Virus record (IMG/VR): IMGVR_UViG_3300040801_002051
Span: 1-38,878 of that record
Origin: a virus
Strand: one strand, 5' to 3'
Length of the DNA: 38,878 nt
Below the pieces are notes generated by a model. That model worked only from the letters and a program-made list of their open reading frames with translations. It was not told the origin of the DNA and made no database searches. How positions within the stretch are numbered: position 1 is the stretch's first letter; every line of letters starts with the position of its first letter. Shown in pieces: positions 38,510 to 38,878 of this stretch. The translations under genes and the position numbers were made by a program.

Positions 38510-38878
38510 CTAGAGGACGTCGAGCAGGTCGTTGGAGCAGGGCGCGCTGGATGGTGCGGCCGGTTGTTGCGGGTCGGCGAAGAGGTCGCCCTGTACTGGG
38601 CAGACTGTGTCGCGCAAGCGCTCCCAGTCTTTGGCGCGCATGTACTGCAAGCCGATGCGACGGCCGGGGCCAATGGCGCGGCTGCCGGAGAGGTGGGCGG
38701 CTGCCCAGGCGTAGACGGCTGTGTCGACGGCCTCGTTGCGGGCGGCTGAGCTGATCTTGACCCAGCGGTTGGTTTGCGGGTCGCGGCGCTCGCTGGTGAT
38801 GCCGGTCGGCCAGTTCTCCGGCGTGTCGCTTGGCAAGTGCCACCAGCGATCTGCAGGGGCTTGGCTGGCGACCATGGC
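38510..38878 (-). CDS. Terminase large subunit, 3' portion (C-terminal 84 codons unique; 38762-38878 duplicates 1-117)
   Basis: ..RWWHLPSD..RWVKISSAARNEAVDTAVYAWAAAHL.. matches the GpA C-terminal motif (lambda ..KKRRNEALDCFVYALAAL). It is in frame with 1737->1 across the circular junction. Confidence 0.93.
   Translation of the reverse strand, partial: AMVASQAPADRWWHLPSDTPENWPTGITSERRDPQTNRWVKISSAARNEAVDTAVYAWAAAHLSGSRAIGPGRRIGLQYMRAKDWERLRDTVCPVQGDLFADPQQPAAPSSAPCSNDLLDVL
38762..38878. repeat. Terminal direct repeat, identical to 1-117
   Basis: Direct comparison of both window ends. Confidence 0.95.

Overview
The window is a complete, circularly closed phage genome. Bases 1-117 are identical to 38762-38878, which gives a unit length of 38,761 bp. 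That junction falls inside an intact lambda GpA-type terminase large-subunit gene. The genome is high in G+C, roughly 65% by eye, with several visibly AT-richer islands.

About 45 genes form one long, mostly translationally coupled late operon on the minus strand. In transcription order it runs as follows:
- Packaging: Nu1-like terS, a 35-aa ORF, then terL.
- An inserted HTH gene plus a low-GC PD-(D/E)XK nuclease.
- Head: gpW, lambda-type portal, S49 protease/scaffold, DUF2190-like decoration protein and a Mu gpT-type major capsid protein.
- Head-tail joining: FII-like and gpZ-like proteins.
- A frameshifted collagen-like fibre and a low-GC distal cassette.
- A cluster of small genes and a lysis cassette.
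- A P2-type baseplate, fibre and tail module (V, W, J, I, fibre proteins, sheath, tube, E/E+E' with a -1 slippery site, tape measure, U, X, D).

The remaining ~10 kb (3.4-13.2 kb) holds the early and regulatory genes:
- An SF3-type helicase next to a 158-bp nested palindrome with iterons.
- A divergent Cro-like/CI-like switch.
- An early operon encoding a ParB-N::DUF5131 (radical-SAM-like) fusion, an HNH protein and a TcmP-like partner.
- A plus-strand operon of small regulators, including two paralogous Myb-like HTH proteins.
- A truncated SNF2 helicase followed by an RHH protein and a small 2-TM protein.

I could not recognise an integrase, transposase, tRNA, rRNA or CRISPR array. Most long ORFs on the opposite strand or in alternative frames are high-GC artefacts. 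All family assignments come from motif reading only; no searches were run.
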